This document shows, piece by piece, positions 35,183 to 44,114 of a DNA stretch of 64,000 nucleotides; the first letter of the stretch is position 1, and every line of letters starts with the position of its first letter. The stretch comes from a virus: the IMG/VR virus record IMGVR_UViG_3300027743_000026, positions 8,470-72,469 of that record; one strand, 5' to 3'. The notes beneath the pieces are model-generated. The model was not told the origin of the DNA. It saw only the letters and a list, made by a program, of their open reading frames with translations, and made no database searches. Both the position numbers and the translations under genes were made by a program.

Positions 35183-35505
35183 TGCGGTTCCGGCCGGCGG
35201 ACGACCCACGCAACACCGTCGATGACATCCCCGGGGTCACCACCGACAAGACCGAGCCCGGGACGCCGGTGGAATGGGAGGATAATTTTCTCTCCAACAC
35301 CTTCGCCTGGGCCAGCTACCGGCTGGTCCCGGATTGGTGCCAGACCCCGGAGCACTTCACTTCGCGGTTCACGCAATACCTCTTTACCGACTGTCCCTGC
35401 TGCCTGTTCTGGCGCGGATTGACCTTTGGCTACGTGGTCGGCGGCGTTGTCGGGGCCATCGTCGGCATGATCGTGATGTGGTTGGGTGCGCAATGGTTGC
35501 ACTAG
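35182..35505 (+). CDS. Membrane protein with a CPCC motif
   Basis: TDCPCCLFWRG followed by a TM helix. Confidence 0.65.
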   Translation: MRFRPADDPRNTVDDIPGVTTDKTEPGTPVEWEDNFLSNTFAWASYRLVPDWCQTPEHFTSRFTQYLFTDCPCCLFWRGLTFGYVVGGVVGAIVGMIVMWLGAQWLH

Positions 35506-36713
35506 TGATGGGCGAGAACTTCACCCGCACGCTGTTCGCCAAGAACGTGCGACACAAGGCCCTGTATGGCGGCCGCGGCTCCGGCAAGACCTGGTCGATC
35601 GGCTCCTACCTGGTCTACACCGCCAACACCGAAAGGAAGCGCATCATCTGCGCCCGGCAGTTTCAGAACTCGATCCGGGACAGCTCCAAGGATCTGATCG
35701 AGCGCCGCATCCGCGACTTCGAGCTGGACCGCGAATTCAGTCTGACCGACCGCGCCATCACCCATCGCAAGACCGGCTCGGAGTTCTTGTTCATCGGGCT
35801 CGAGCGCAACATCGAGAGCATCCGTAGCTTGGAAGGCGCCGACATCGTGTGGATCGACGAGGCCCGCACCATCTCCAACCGCTCGATGGAGATTCTGCTG
35901 CCCACCGTGCGGGCGCCCGGCTCGCAGCTGATCTGGTCCTGGAATCCTGAGGATCCTCTGGACCCGGTCGACGCCTATTTCCGCGCCGGCAAGCCACCGC
36001 CCAATTCGGTGATCACGTTCGTCGACTACAACGACAATCCGTACTTCAAGCACACCACTTTGCCGCACGAGATGGAGGTCCTAAAACGCGGAAATTTCAA
36101 CAGATATCGCCATGTTTGGCTGGGAGAATACGATTTATCGTACGATTCCAAGGTATTTTCCAACATTCGCGTCGGCCGCATCGACGTGCCCTACGAAACT
36201 CCGCCGCTCTACGGCATGGACTTCGGTTTCGGCAAGGATCCGAGCTTCGTGGTCAAGTGCTATCACCTGGAGAAGACCAAACAGATTTTCATCGCCGCTG
36301 AGGCCACCGGCAGAGTTGCCTTGGACATGCTGCCGGCGATGTTGCGCACCGTGATCGCCGACGATGGCGACCTGGTGAAGGCCGACGCCTCACAGCCTGG
36401 CACCATCGAGTTTTTGCAGGCGCGCGGCTTCAATATCCACGCCGCCAACAAGGGACCAGGCTCGGTCAAGAGTGGCATCAACTTCCTGCAGGGCTACGAG
36501 ATCGTCATCGACCCGAATTGCGAGGCGATGCGCGAGGAAGCCCGCCTTTACAGCTGGATGACCGACAAGCTCACTGGCAGAGTTCTCTCCGCCCCGGTCG
36601 ACGCCTACAATCACGGTTGGGACGCCGTGCGCTACGCCACTGAGTCAGCCCAGGTCGAAAGCGCCATGGAAGGCAACAGTAACGGCGGCGTGATGTCGCT
36701 GAAGATATGGTGA
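35493..36713 (+). CDS. terL: Terminase large subunit (PBSX family)
   Basis: YGGRGSGKT, WIDEA, WNP, GMDFG, ADAS and NHGWDA.RYA. Confidence 0.95.
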   Translation: MVALVMGENFTRTLFAKNVRHKALYGGRGSGKTWSIGSYLVYTANTERKRIICARQFQNSIRDSSKDLIERRIRDFELDREFSLTDRAITHRKTGSEFLFIGLERNIESIRSLEGADIVWIDEARTISNRSMEILLPTVRAPGSQLIWSWNPEDPLDPVDAYFRAGKPPPNSVITFVDYNDNPYFKHTTLPHEMEVLKRGNFNRYRHVWLGEYDLSYDSKVFSNIRVGRIDVPYETPPLYGMDFGFGKDPSFVVKCYHLEKTKQIFIAAEATGRVALDMLPAMLRTVIADDGDLVKADASQPGTIEFLQARGFNIHAANKGPGSVKSGINFLQGYEIVIDPNCEAMREEARLYSWMTDKLTGRVLSAPVDAYNHGWDAVRYATESAQVESAMEGNSNGGVMSLKIW

Positions 36714-37047
36714 GCGGCTCGGGTCAACCGCTCCTTGGTCTCTCGACTCGACGCTTTGGTGCCTGCTTTCCCTGCGTCTTGGGAGCGTCCGTGGAGCACC
36801 TTCGGACCTGAATGCGCGCGTTGACGACCTTGAACGGAAGATACCATCCTCGCGAGAGAACCGCAGGTCGCCTTTCTGAACTCCGAGCCGCGCGCTACCC
36901 GAAGGAAAATGCCCTCGCGAGGTAGTTAGTAATGTTCGATCACCGCCTGGCAAGCCGTAACTTCTACACCAGCCGGCGCCACTGGCCGGGATTATCGGCG
37001 CGGGAGTGGCCGAGCCGCTGGCGGACACCGGACGGCCATGCCGGTGA
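36714..37047. ncRNA. Candidate structured intergenic RNA
   Basis: Several long-range complementary segments; no convincing ORF. Confidence 0.45.
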
Positions 37048-37054
37048 CTTCAGC

Positions 37055-37324
37055 TCACCATCGCCGCCTTCGTCTGATGATGTAGCCACCGTAGCCGTAG
37101 CCGCCGCGCCATCCGCACAGACCCTGAATAAACCCGATGATGCAGACGCCGAGCAGTGGCCACCGCATGCTGAGGATGACCAAGGAGAAAATGGTGGTGG
37201 CGGTGATGATCCAGGCCATTCCCTCGCCAAAGCTGGCTTGGTCACGCGGCGCGGTGAAGATGAACAGCAGAACGACTGCCATCCAGACTAAGGAAAAGAT
37301 TTCAGATTTACTGAGCGGACGCAT
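37055..37324 (-). CDS. Small membrane protein (moron)
   Basis: TM helices, GGYGYGGY and RRRRR; own cassette promoter. Confidence 0.7.
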   Translation of the reverse strand: MRPLSKSEIFSLVWMAVVLLFIFTAPRDQASFGEGMAWIITATTIFSLVILSMRWPLLGVCIIGFIQGLCGWRGGYGYGGYIIRRRRRW

Positions 37325-37333
37325 AATTTAGTT

Positions 37334-37399
37334 CTCCTGGTTGGGCTGCTTCATCAGCCGGTATGGTTAGTTGATATACGGGTTCAAAGAGGATTGCAA
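37334..37399 (-). promoter_or_regulatory. Early promoter, AUGAAG hairpin and SD
   Basis: TTGCAA-N5-TTTGAA...TATATC; GGCTG-ATGAAG-CAGCC; CCAGGAG. Confidence 0.75.
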
Positions 37400-37443
37400 C
37401 CGTTATTTTTTCGTTTATTTGCTAGTGCTGGATGGAGGCCGCC

Positions 37444-37653
37444 ATGAAGGAACGGTGGACGGCAGAGGAACTGGCTTACCAGGCCAAGATTGACGAGGTG
37501 GTCGAGGACGAGCGCTTTCGCCTTGAGCGTCAGATTCGCCGGCCGTTGACCGTCGCCGACAGCTTTCGCTTCGACATGTGGGTGGCCAACTATGAGGAAA
37601 GGGCCTGGCGGCAGTTTTACGGGCCGCCCAAGTCGGTAGGAGCAAGGCCATGA
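37444..37653 (+). CDS. Hypothetical protein
   Basis: GGAGG SD. Confidence 0.55.
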   Translation: MKERWTAEELAYQAKIDEVVEDERFRLERQIRRPLTVADSFRFDMWVANYEERAWRQFYGPPKSVGARP

Positions 37654-37819
37654 CCCAGGCGCAATTCGACAGCTTGCCGTATGCGGTGCAGCTGCGCTGG
37701 AAGAACGAGGTCGACGGACTGCGGCGGCCGTCGCCGGATCTGATCGAGATCACCGAGTGGTGTCTGTCGGGCGCACAACGACCAGTGCCGCCGCCCGGCT
37801 TCTCGTATTTTTACATGCA

Positions 37820-38011
37820 ATGAAAACGATGTGGTGGCAGGGCTGGGGCACGCCGCGTCAGATCCGTGAGCGACTGATGGTGACGTGCCCGTGCTGCCGC
37901 GGCAAAGGTCACATCAACCTGATTACGCACGACGACGCAAAAAGCCGAACCGTGTTGACACATTTGCGTTGTTTGCAATGTGATGGGACCGGGGAGATCG
38001 AGGAGCTTTAG
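37820..38011 (+). CDS. DnaJ-type zinc-finger small protein
   Basis: CPCCRGKG...CLQCDGTG. Confidence 0.6.
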   Translation: MKTMWWQGWGTPRQIRERLMVTCPCCRGKGHINLITHDDAKSRTVLTHLRCLQCDGTGEIEEL

Positions 38012-38013
38012 CC

Positions 38014-38217
38014 ATGGCTAAGCTGTCCGCGCGCTCTCGCAACAAGCTGTCGAGCAAGTCGTTCGCTTTATCTGGGCGTCGCTATCCGATCCATGACCGA
38101 TCGCACGCCGCTAACGCTCTCGCCCGCTGCAGCAAGCACTGCACGCCGAGTCAAAAAGCTACGGTTCGCGGAAAGGTATGTGCTCGGTATCCTTCTCTCC
38201 CGAGCTGTAAGAAATAG
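38014..38217 (+). CDS. Small basic head-associated protein (DUF6582-like)
   Basis: L....FA....RYPI.D..HA.NALAR. Confidence 0.7.
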   Translation: MAKLSARSRNKLSSKSFALSGRRYPIHDRSHAANALARCSKHCTPSQKATVRGKVCARYPSLPSCKK

Positions 38218-38226
38218 GAGCGCCTT

Positions 38227-38436
38227 GTGGGTTGTGGTTGTGGTGGCGGTAAATCGTTTTCGGGACGCAGCGTATCGCGCGGCGGCAGTGTTGGGCGTGC
38301 GTCGATGGGGGCGCCAGTGAACTTCAAGCCGGGGCCAGGCGTGCCGATGCCGCATGCACCGCAGACAGCGCCGCAGCACATCGTGCAATCGGCTTCGCTG
38401 GCGCAGCGCAGAGCACAAACTCGACGATCGGTATGA
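38227..38436 (+). CDS. Small basic MGCGCG protein
   Basis: AGGAG SD; N-terminal GCGCGG. Confidence 0.65.
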   Translation: MGCGCGGGKSFSGRSVSRGGSVGRASMGAPVNFKPGPGVPMPHAPQTAPQHIVQSASLAQRRAQTRRSV

Positions 38437-38759
38437 CCTTCGCGCAGCTGACCGACAAGGTCGCACGCGCGGCTGGTCACCCGATCGCTGTCGCCAGCTC
38501 GATCGTTCTGGTCATCGTCTGGGCTTTGTTGGGCCCGCACTACGGCTGGTCGGAAGATCATCAGCTCTGGATCAACACCTCGACCACCATCGTGACATTC
38601 TGGTTGGTGTTCTTCATCCAAGCCACGCAGAATCGCGACACGCTCGCGCTGCAAGCCAAGATCGATGAGCTGATCCGCGCGACTGACAAAGCGCGCAACG
38701 AGTTCATCGCCATCGACAAGCGCTCGACCGACGAAGTCGAGCAGATGCGCGGCACCTAA
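38433..38759 (+). CDS. Low-affinity iron permease (Fet4-like) family protein
   Basis: W...GP...S...QL.INT.TTIVTF..VF.IQ.TQNRD..ALQ.KIDELI.A. Confidence 0.9.
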   Translation: MTFAQLTDKVARAAGHPIAVASSIVLVIVWALLGPHYGWSEDHQLWINTSTTIVTFWLVFFIQATQNRDTLALQAKIDELIRATDKARNEFIAIDKRSTDEVEQMRGT

Positions 38760-38917
38760 TCGAGTTGCGGAACCTGCCCATCACGCGATCCCTCGATCTC
38801 GCGGCGACAGTGGGAGCGACCAGGGAAAGCAAGAGGGTACGGCCTAGGACCCCAGTCGCAGGGTAGGCACGACCCTCATCCCGTTTCATAGCTCTGACCG
38901 ATGGACAAGCGGCCCCC

Positions 38918-40231
38918 ATGGCGCTGCGCGATCTCCTATTCACCAAGAAGAAGCCTGACCGCCCGGTCTCGGATGAGCCCGAGAGTCCCATCTTTGTGAT
39001 GGCGGGGCGCTCGGTTCGCTTGTTGCCGCCGATGGCGGCGATGACCGCGGAGATCGCACAACGCAAGAGCCCGCAGCTCTACCGCATCACCAACTACGTC
39101 GCTTCGGCGGTGCAGTCGGTGCCGTGGTTCTGCGAGCCGGATCCTGACGTCATCGCCATGGAGCAGGCTGGTCCAGCCAAGGTCAAGGCGATCAACGATC
39201 TGCTGAAGTATCCCAACGACACGTTCAACGCCAAGCAGCTGCAGTATTGGATCGCGATGAACTTGATGCTCTACGCCAGAGCGCATTTTAAGGTTGGCGT
39301 GTCCTCGGCCGGCGTCCCTAACGGGATCTATACACTCGACGCTAAGCAAATGAGCGCCGTGCTCAATTCGCGTGGCACCGTCGATTACTACGAATATGGT
39401 AATGGGATATCCAAGCAGAAACTGCTCACGCGCCGGGGTTCGGAGCTGAAAGGCGGGCTGGACGCCTACGGTGCCGAGATCAGCTTTCCCTCTCTCACCG
39501 GTCAGGTCGACTACAAGAACAGTCCCGCGGCGATCGAATGCATCGCCCAGCCGATCGCCATTATCCACGCGCTGATGCAGCGTGCACTCGACACCGCCTC
39601 TGGTCACCCCAACGTCAAATACGTGATCTCGGCCGAGAAAACGCTCAACAAAAAGCAGCAAGAGGCGCTCGAGAAACACATGGCGGCGTCGGCGCCAGGC
39701 GAGGATGAATCGGGACAAGTGTTGTTTCTGTTCAACACCACGATCAAAGTCGACAAGCTCGACAACCAGCTCGCCGACATCCACTCCAAGATCCCGCTCG
39801 ACGACATGACTCGACAGATTGCCGGTGTGTTTGGCGTACCGGTGCCGCTCCTTAGCCTGGGCTCGGCCGATGCTGCCAAGTACGCCGGCAACTATGTCGA
39901 GGCACGGCTGGCGTTCTGGCAAGATACCATCCTGCCCTGCTACCTGGCGCCGATCGCCGCCGGCATGACGCAGGCAATCTGCCCGCCAGGCGCGCGTATC
40001 ACCTTCGATCTTGACGCCATTCCTGCGCTTTGGAAGGGCCGCGCCGAACTCGGCGAGACCCTGAGCAAGGTTACCTTCCTGACTGTGACCGAGAAGCGCG
40101 GAGTTCTCGACTTCAAGCCAACGACTGAAGAGCTGGATACGGCGAAACCGCCAGTACCCGCGCCGGCGCCGCCGGTGAGACCAACAAAGGACGAGGATAC
40201 CAAAGTGATCGAATTTCAAGGGAGGTCGTGA
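38918..40231 (+). CDS. Portal protein (HK97-like)
   Basis: IAGVFGVP..LL; E.R..L; position. Confidence 0.9.
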   Translation: MALRDLLFTKKKPDRPVSDEPESPIFVMAGRSVRLLPPMAAMTAEIAQRKSPQLYRITNYVASAVQSVPWFCEPDPDVIAMEQAGPAKVKAINDLLKYPNDTFNAKQLQYWIAMNLMLYARAHFKVGVSSAGVPNGIYTLDAKQMSAVLNSRGTVDYYEYGNGISKQKLLTRRGSELKGGLDAYGAEISFPSLTGQVDYKNSPAAIECIAQPIAIIHALMQRALDTASGHPNVKYVISAEKTLNKKQQEALEKHMAASAPGEDESGQVLFLFNTTIKVDKLDNQLADIHSKIPLDDMTRQIAGVFGVPVPLLSLGSADAAKYAGNYVEARLAFWQDTILPCYLAPIAAGMTQAICPPGARITFDLDAIPALWKGRAELGETLSKVTFLTVTEKRGVLDFKPTTEELDTAKPPVPAPAPPVRPTKDEDTKVIEFQGRS

Positions 40232-41046
40232 TGCCGCGCACGGATTGGAAAACTGGCGACATCCTCCAGCACGACATGAGCTTCGAGACCCGCGTGGTGA
40301 CGGAGAAGCCCGACGGCTTCATTTCTGGCATCGCCTCGAGTCCATCGATCGACGCCTACGGCCACGTCGTGGTGCCCGGTGCGTTCAGCGCCTCGATCAA
40401 GAAGAAGGGTTTCGGTGGACCTGGCGGCGTTCTCCTGCTCGCTCACCACGATCCGGAAAAGCCGATGGGCGTCATCCGCAAGCTGGAAACCGTGGGCAAG
40501 AACCTGGAGATTGAGGCTGAGCTGGCGCTCAAGTCCAGCCGCGTACGCGATCTTTATGAAGAGACCAAGCTCGCCGGCGGGCTCTCGTTCTCGGTCGGCT
40601 TTCGGCTTGAGGACTTCGACTTTGCCGAGCAGATGAACGATCAGGGCGAGAAAGAAGAGGTCTTCCTCATCAAGCAGGGCGACCTGCGCGAGGTATCGAT
40701 CTGTACGTTTCCTGCCAACACCGACGCGCGCATGAGCGTGGTCAAGCAGGAAGATATCAATCTCAAAGCCTGGCTCGCCGAAATGGCGCCGGCTCTCATG
40801 GCTCTCAAGAATTCAGTTACTGAGGTCGAACTCGAACGAGCCCTTGCGGCCAAAGGGTTCGCCCGCAGTAGGAACGAGGCACACAAGTTCTTCGCCGTGA
40901 TGAAGGCTTGCGCGCACTTGCTCCAAGACAAACCCGCCCTTGCTGGTGGTGATGTCAAACCGCCGCCGCGTCCCGTGTTGGACGCTTCCATGTTGACCCC
41001 GGTGCTCGCCGAGATCGCCAAGGTGCGTGCTCTCGCGTTGCGTTAA
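40228..41046 (+). CDS. HK97-family prohead protease
   Basis: D..G.VV..GAF; L..HD; FSVGF; L.EVS...FPAN..A. Confidence 0.92.
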   Translation: MMPRTDWKTGDILQHDMSFETRVVTEKPDGFISGIASSPSIDAYGHVVVPGAFSASIKKKGFGGPGGVLLLAHHDPEKPMGVIRKLETVGKNLEIEAELALKSSRVRDLYEETKLAGGLSFSVGFRLEDFDFAEQMNDQGEKEEVFLIKQGDLREVSICTFPANTDARMSVVKQEDINLKAWLAEMAPALMALKNSVTEVELERALAAKGFARSRNEAHKFFAVMKACAHLLQDKPALAGGDVKPPPRPVLDASMLTPVLAEIAKVRALALR

Positions 41047-41071
41047 CCGGCACCTTCAAGGGATATTGACT

Positions 41072-42499
41072 ATGACCAAGCACATGTATCCTAAGCGTGG
41101 TGACTTCCTCACCAAGGAAGCACCGACCGACCCACAAGTGGCTGCGGAAATCTTGAAGCCGCTGATGACGGAGATCGCTGATCTTACGGCCGCGATCGAG
41201 AAATCGAAAAAGGACGTTGCGGATCAGTACAAGGCGCTCACGAGCCATTACGATGGCGTCAAGGGCGAGAACGAAGAGCTGAAGAAGGCCGTTGCCGAGC
41301 AGACCAAGGTCTACGGTGAGTTGACTGCCAAGCTGCAGGGCCAGGAAGCTGCGCTTGATTTCTGCAAGAAGCAGCTCGACATGCCGCTGATCAAAGGCAA
41401 CAAGGAGCTGGAAGAGAGCGATCGCAAGGCCGCGATCGAGTGTCAGAAGCGCGCGTTCCTGTTCAAGGGCGGTAGCGAAGACGACTTCAAGGAAGATCTC
41501 GACAATCTTGTTGATGTCAAAGCCTACCGCTCAGCGGTGCGCAAGTTGGTGCGCCACGTCGGCATCGAGCCCAAGCGCAAGGTAATTGCCAGCCTGAACG
41601 AGTACGAGCGCAAGGCGTTCGAGGCATCCTCGCTCGACAGCGCGATCTTTGTACCTGAGATGCTCGGCATTGAGTTGAACTGCCTTATCGACTGCGCCGG
41701 CATGACCGACCTCTACGGTCAGGTCAACGTGTCGAAGAGCACTTTCATGTATCCGCAAGTGCTCGATTACGGCGAGATCGGCAAGTATGATTGCGACGCT
41801 AAGTGCGACGCCGAGTACGGACCCGAGGGCAACATCACGTTCAAGTCCGGTAACGTCTCGGACTACCGCGGCGTGTTCTGCTTCCAACGCAAGGTGCTCA
41901 CCGAAGCCAACTACGACCTGTTGAACTTCATGTACACGTCGGTCAGACGCGCGCAGACGATCGCACGCAACCGCGCGCTCATGGTTGGCTCTGGCATCAA
42001 CGAGCCGCTTGGCTGGTTGACCGCGGGCTGCTTCACCAAGCTCAAGACCACAACGACCGACTTCACCCATATCGATTTTCGGTTGATGTACGGCTCAGCT
42101 CCGATCGAATACGGGCCGGTCACCGCGGTGATGCATCAAAACATGTTCGCGAATCTTGCCGCGCGGACCGACGCCAATGGTCGCTTCATCTTTGGCGACG
42201 GTCTCATGACCTACTCACCGAACGACGTGCGCGAGAATATCCGGATCAGCAACTGTCTGCCTGATCCGACCTACGGCCTGACCAAGGGTACGGAGACTGC
42301 GCCGTTCATCACCGGTGACTTCCTCGTCGGCATTGGTTCGTGGGCCTCGGCCTACTACGCTGTGTCGAAGCGCCCGCTGTGGATCGAGCAATGGGAGGGA
42401 CAGTCGACCGCCTGGTGCGTGAAGTACGTGTTCGGTGCCGAGGACGGCGGATTCACCGCTTGTTGCCCGGCCGCGCGCATCATCACGGTTGGTCCGTAA
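41072..42499 (+). CDS. Major capsid protein (HK97 fold with N-terminal delta domain)
   Basis: Coiled-coil N-terminus; G.G..EP.G; D.NGRFIF; position. Confidence 0.9.
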   Translation: MTKHMYPKRGDFLTKEAPTDPQVAAEILKPLMTEIADLTAAIEKSKKDVADQYKALTSHYDGVKGENEELKKAVAEQTKVYGELTAKLQGQEAALDFCKKQLDMPLIKGNKELEESDRKAAIECQKRAFLFKGGSEDDFKEDLDNLVDVKAYRSAVRKLVRHVGIEPKRKVIASLNEYERKAFEASSLDSAIFVPEMLGIELNCLIDCAGMTDLYGQVNVSKSTFMYPQVLDYGEIGKYDCDAKCDAEYGPEGNITFKSGNVSDYRGVFCFQRKVLTEANYDLLNFMYTSVRRAQTIARNRALMVGSGINEPLGWLTAGCFTKLKTTTTDFTHIDFRLMYGSAPIEYGPVTAVMHQNMFANLAARTDANGRFIFGDGLMTYSPNDVRENIRISNCLPDPTYGLTKGTETAPFITGDFLVGIGSWASAYYAVSKRPLWIEQWEGQSTAWCVKYVFGAEDGGFTACCPAARIITVGP

Positions 42500-42538
42500 T
42501 CCTTCCATCCCATCACTCACACAGAAGGATTCACGACC

Positions 42539-42934
42539 GTGAATATCAATGTTGCAAGTCAGAACCAGGGAATGATCGCGTGGACCGGCACGGCAGCTCG
42601 TCCAATCGACATTCGCCACCACGTCCACTTCGCCTTCACGTTCGAGGTGACGGCAGACCTGGCCGCCGATGCCACCTTCAAGGTGCAGGCGGCACCGCCC
42701 AGCGATGCCGATCCGTGTCTCCCCGGCACGTTCTATGACGTGCCCGAGACGCTGACCTGTGCCGGGTGGGGGCAAGTCCCTGACCCGACCACCGGGTTCG
42801 TTATCCCGGCCGGGACCAAGAAGGGTGCGCTCTGTACCGCTGCGCTGCCGTGTCGGCCGGACGCCTTTGTCCAGCTGGTCGGCACCGGGGCGGCGGGCGT
42901 GCTTGGGGTCGCCGTTCTCGGCGGTCCGCGCTGA
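42539..42934 (+). CDS. Probable head decoration protein (paralog 1)
   Basis: Follows the MCP; paralog of the next gene. Confidence 0.6.
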   Translation: MNINVASQNQGMIAWTGTAARPIDIRHHVHFAFTFEVTADLAADATFKVQAAPPSDADPCLPGTFYDVPETLTCAGWGQVPDPTTGFVIPAGTKKGALCTAALPCRPDAFVQLVGTGAAGVLGVAVLGGPR

Positions 42935-43005
42935 AACCGCAGAGAGGTTGAGACATAGCTGCCCGAAAGTGCAGCTACGTTCTACCTCATCAGGAGTCTG
43001 AGAAC

Positions 43006-43425
43006 ATGAATCTCAACACAGCTTCCCAGAACCGAGGTGTTCTGGCGTGGCGGGCAATCACGGCACAGAATCTCAATCCACCGATCGATGTTCGCCAGCA
43101 CGTCAACTTCAGCTTCACGTTCCACGTCGTTGCCGACATTCTTGTGGACGCGGATTTTGAAGTTGTTGCAGCACCGGCGGATCCAGCTAATCCCTGTGTC
43201 CCTTTACTTCCGCAACATCCTGTTGAGGAAGTGATCACCTGTGCTGGGCCTTGGGGAGTTACCCCAAACCCAGAGTCGCATATCGTCATCCCGGCTGGAA
43301 CAAAAGCGGGTGCGCTATGTACGGCGGCGTTGCCGTGCAAGCCTGATGCCTTTGTTCAGTTGGAGCCGGTTTCCGGCGATACCGGCAAGATCGAGGTCGT
43401 CGTTATTCTGAGCGGCCCCAGATAA
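43006..43425 (+). CDS. Probable head decoration protein (paralog 2)
   Basis: Shares ASQN.G..AW, IPAGTK.GALCTAALPC.PDAFVQL and GPR. Confidence 0.6.
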   Translation: MNLNTASQNRGVLAWRAITAQNLNPPIDVRQHVNFSFTFHVVADILVDADFEVVAAPADPANPCVPLLPQHPVEEVITCAGPWGVTPNPESHIVIPAGTKAGALCTAALPCKPDAFVQLEPVSGDTGKIEVVVILSGPR

Positions 43426-43821
43426 ATGCGGGTGCCGGTCGGAAAGACTTTGCGTGTTGGGCCTGGCGACGAAGTCCATGTCGTTGCCAGGTTACGTCCA
43501 GAGGCGACACTCGGCCGTCTCTTCGTGTTTGCTAAAGAGGGCCGGAACGAAACGTTCTCGCCCTATACACCGATGGTGGATATTCTGGTCAATGGCCAGC
43601 CGCCGATACTGACGCCGTTGATGCTGCGGCTAACCACGCTGCAGCCGATGCGCGAATTGCAGTTCAATGCTGACTTCGATGGTTACGTTAGGATTTTTCA
43701 AGAGGTCGACACCGTTAAGGATGCGTTAGCCAGGGTCAAATTGGCGCGCAAAATTTGTCCATCTCTTGGTTGGCGTGATTGGTTGGTAAGGAGTTTACCA
43801 TGGCGGCCGATGAGCGTCTGA
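43426..43821 (+). CDS. Hypothetical virion-module protein
   Basis: Adjacent ORF. Confidence 0.6.
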   Translation: MRVPVGKTLRVGPGDEVHVVARLRPEATLGRLFVFAKEGRNETFSPYTPMVDILVNGQPPILTPLMLRLTTLQPMRELQFNADFDGYVRIFQEVDTVKDALARVKLARKICPSLGWRDWLVRSLPWRPMSV

Positions 43822-44114
43822 TCGTTCGCGAAGGCACACCGCCGGCAACAGCTGATGGCGCGTCATTGGGATGCATCATGCTGGTCTCTGGCGGCCACGA
43901 CGATGAAATACAGTGGTTTGAATTCAAAACCAACTATATGTCAACGGCGATATATCGGGTCGAGTGGGAGGTTGAAACCATGTTCGTTGTCATCCCAACG
44001 GAGACAGCGAACTGGTTGATCAAGAGCGGCTACGCGCGTCCGATGACAGTTCCCGAGGCACGCGCATACAACAACAGCCTCGAGAAAGAAGAGAGACCAA
44101 AGGAGACTGCATGA
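43800..44114 (+). CDS. Hypothetical virion-module protein
   Basis: AAGGAG SD. Confidence 0.65.
   Translation: MAADERLIVREGTPPATADGASLGCIMLVSGGHDDEIQWFEFKTNYMSTAIYRVEWEVETMFVVIPTETANWLIKSGYARPMTVPEARAYNNSLEKEERPKETA

Noticed and set aside
38936-40219. Long antisense ORFs (also 25240-26562, 17919-18794 and 61283-62068)
   Set aside because: These are shadows of high-GC sense genes with no motifs or SD.
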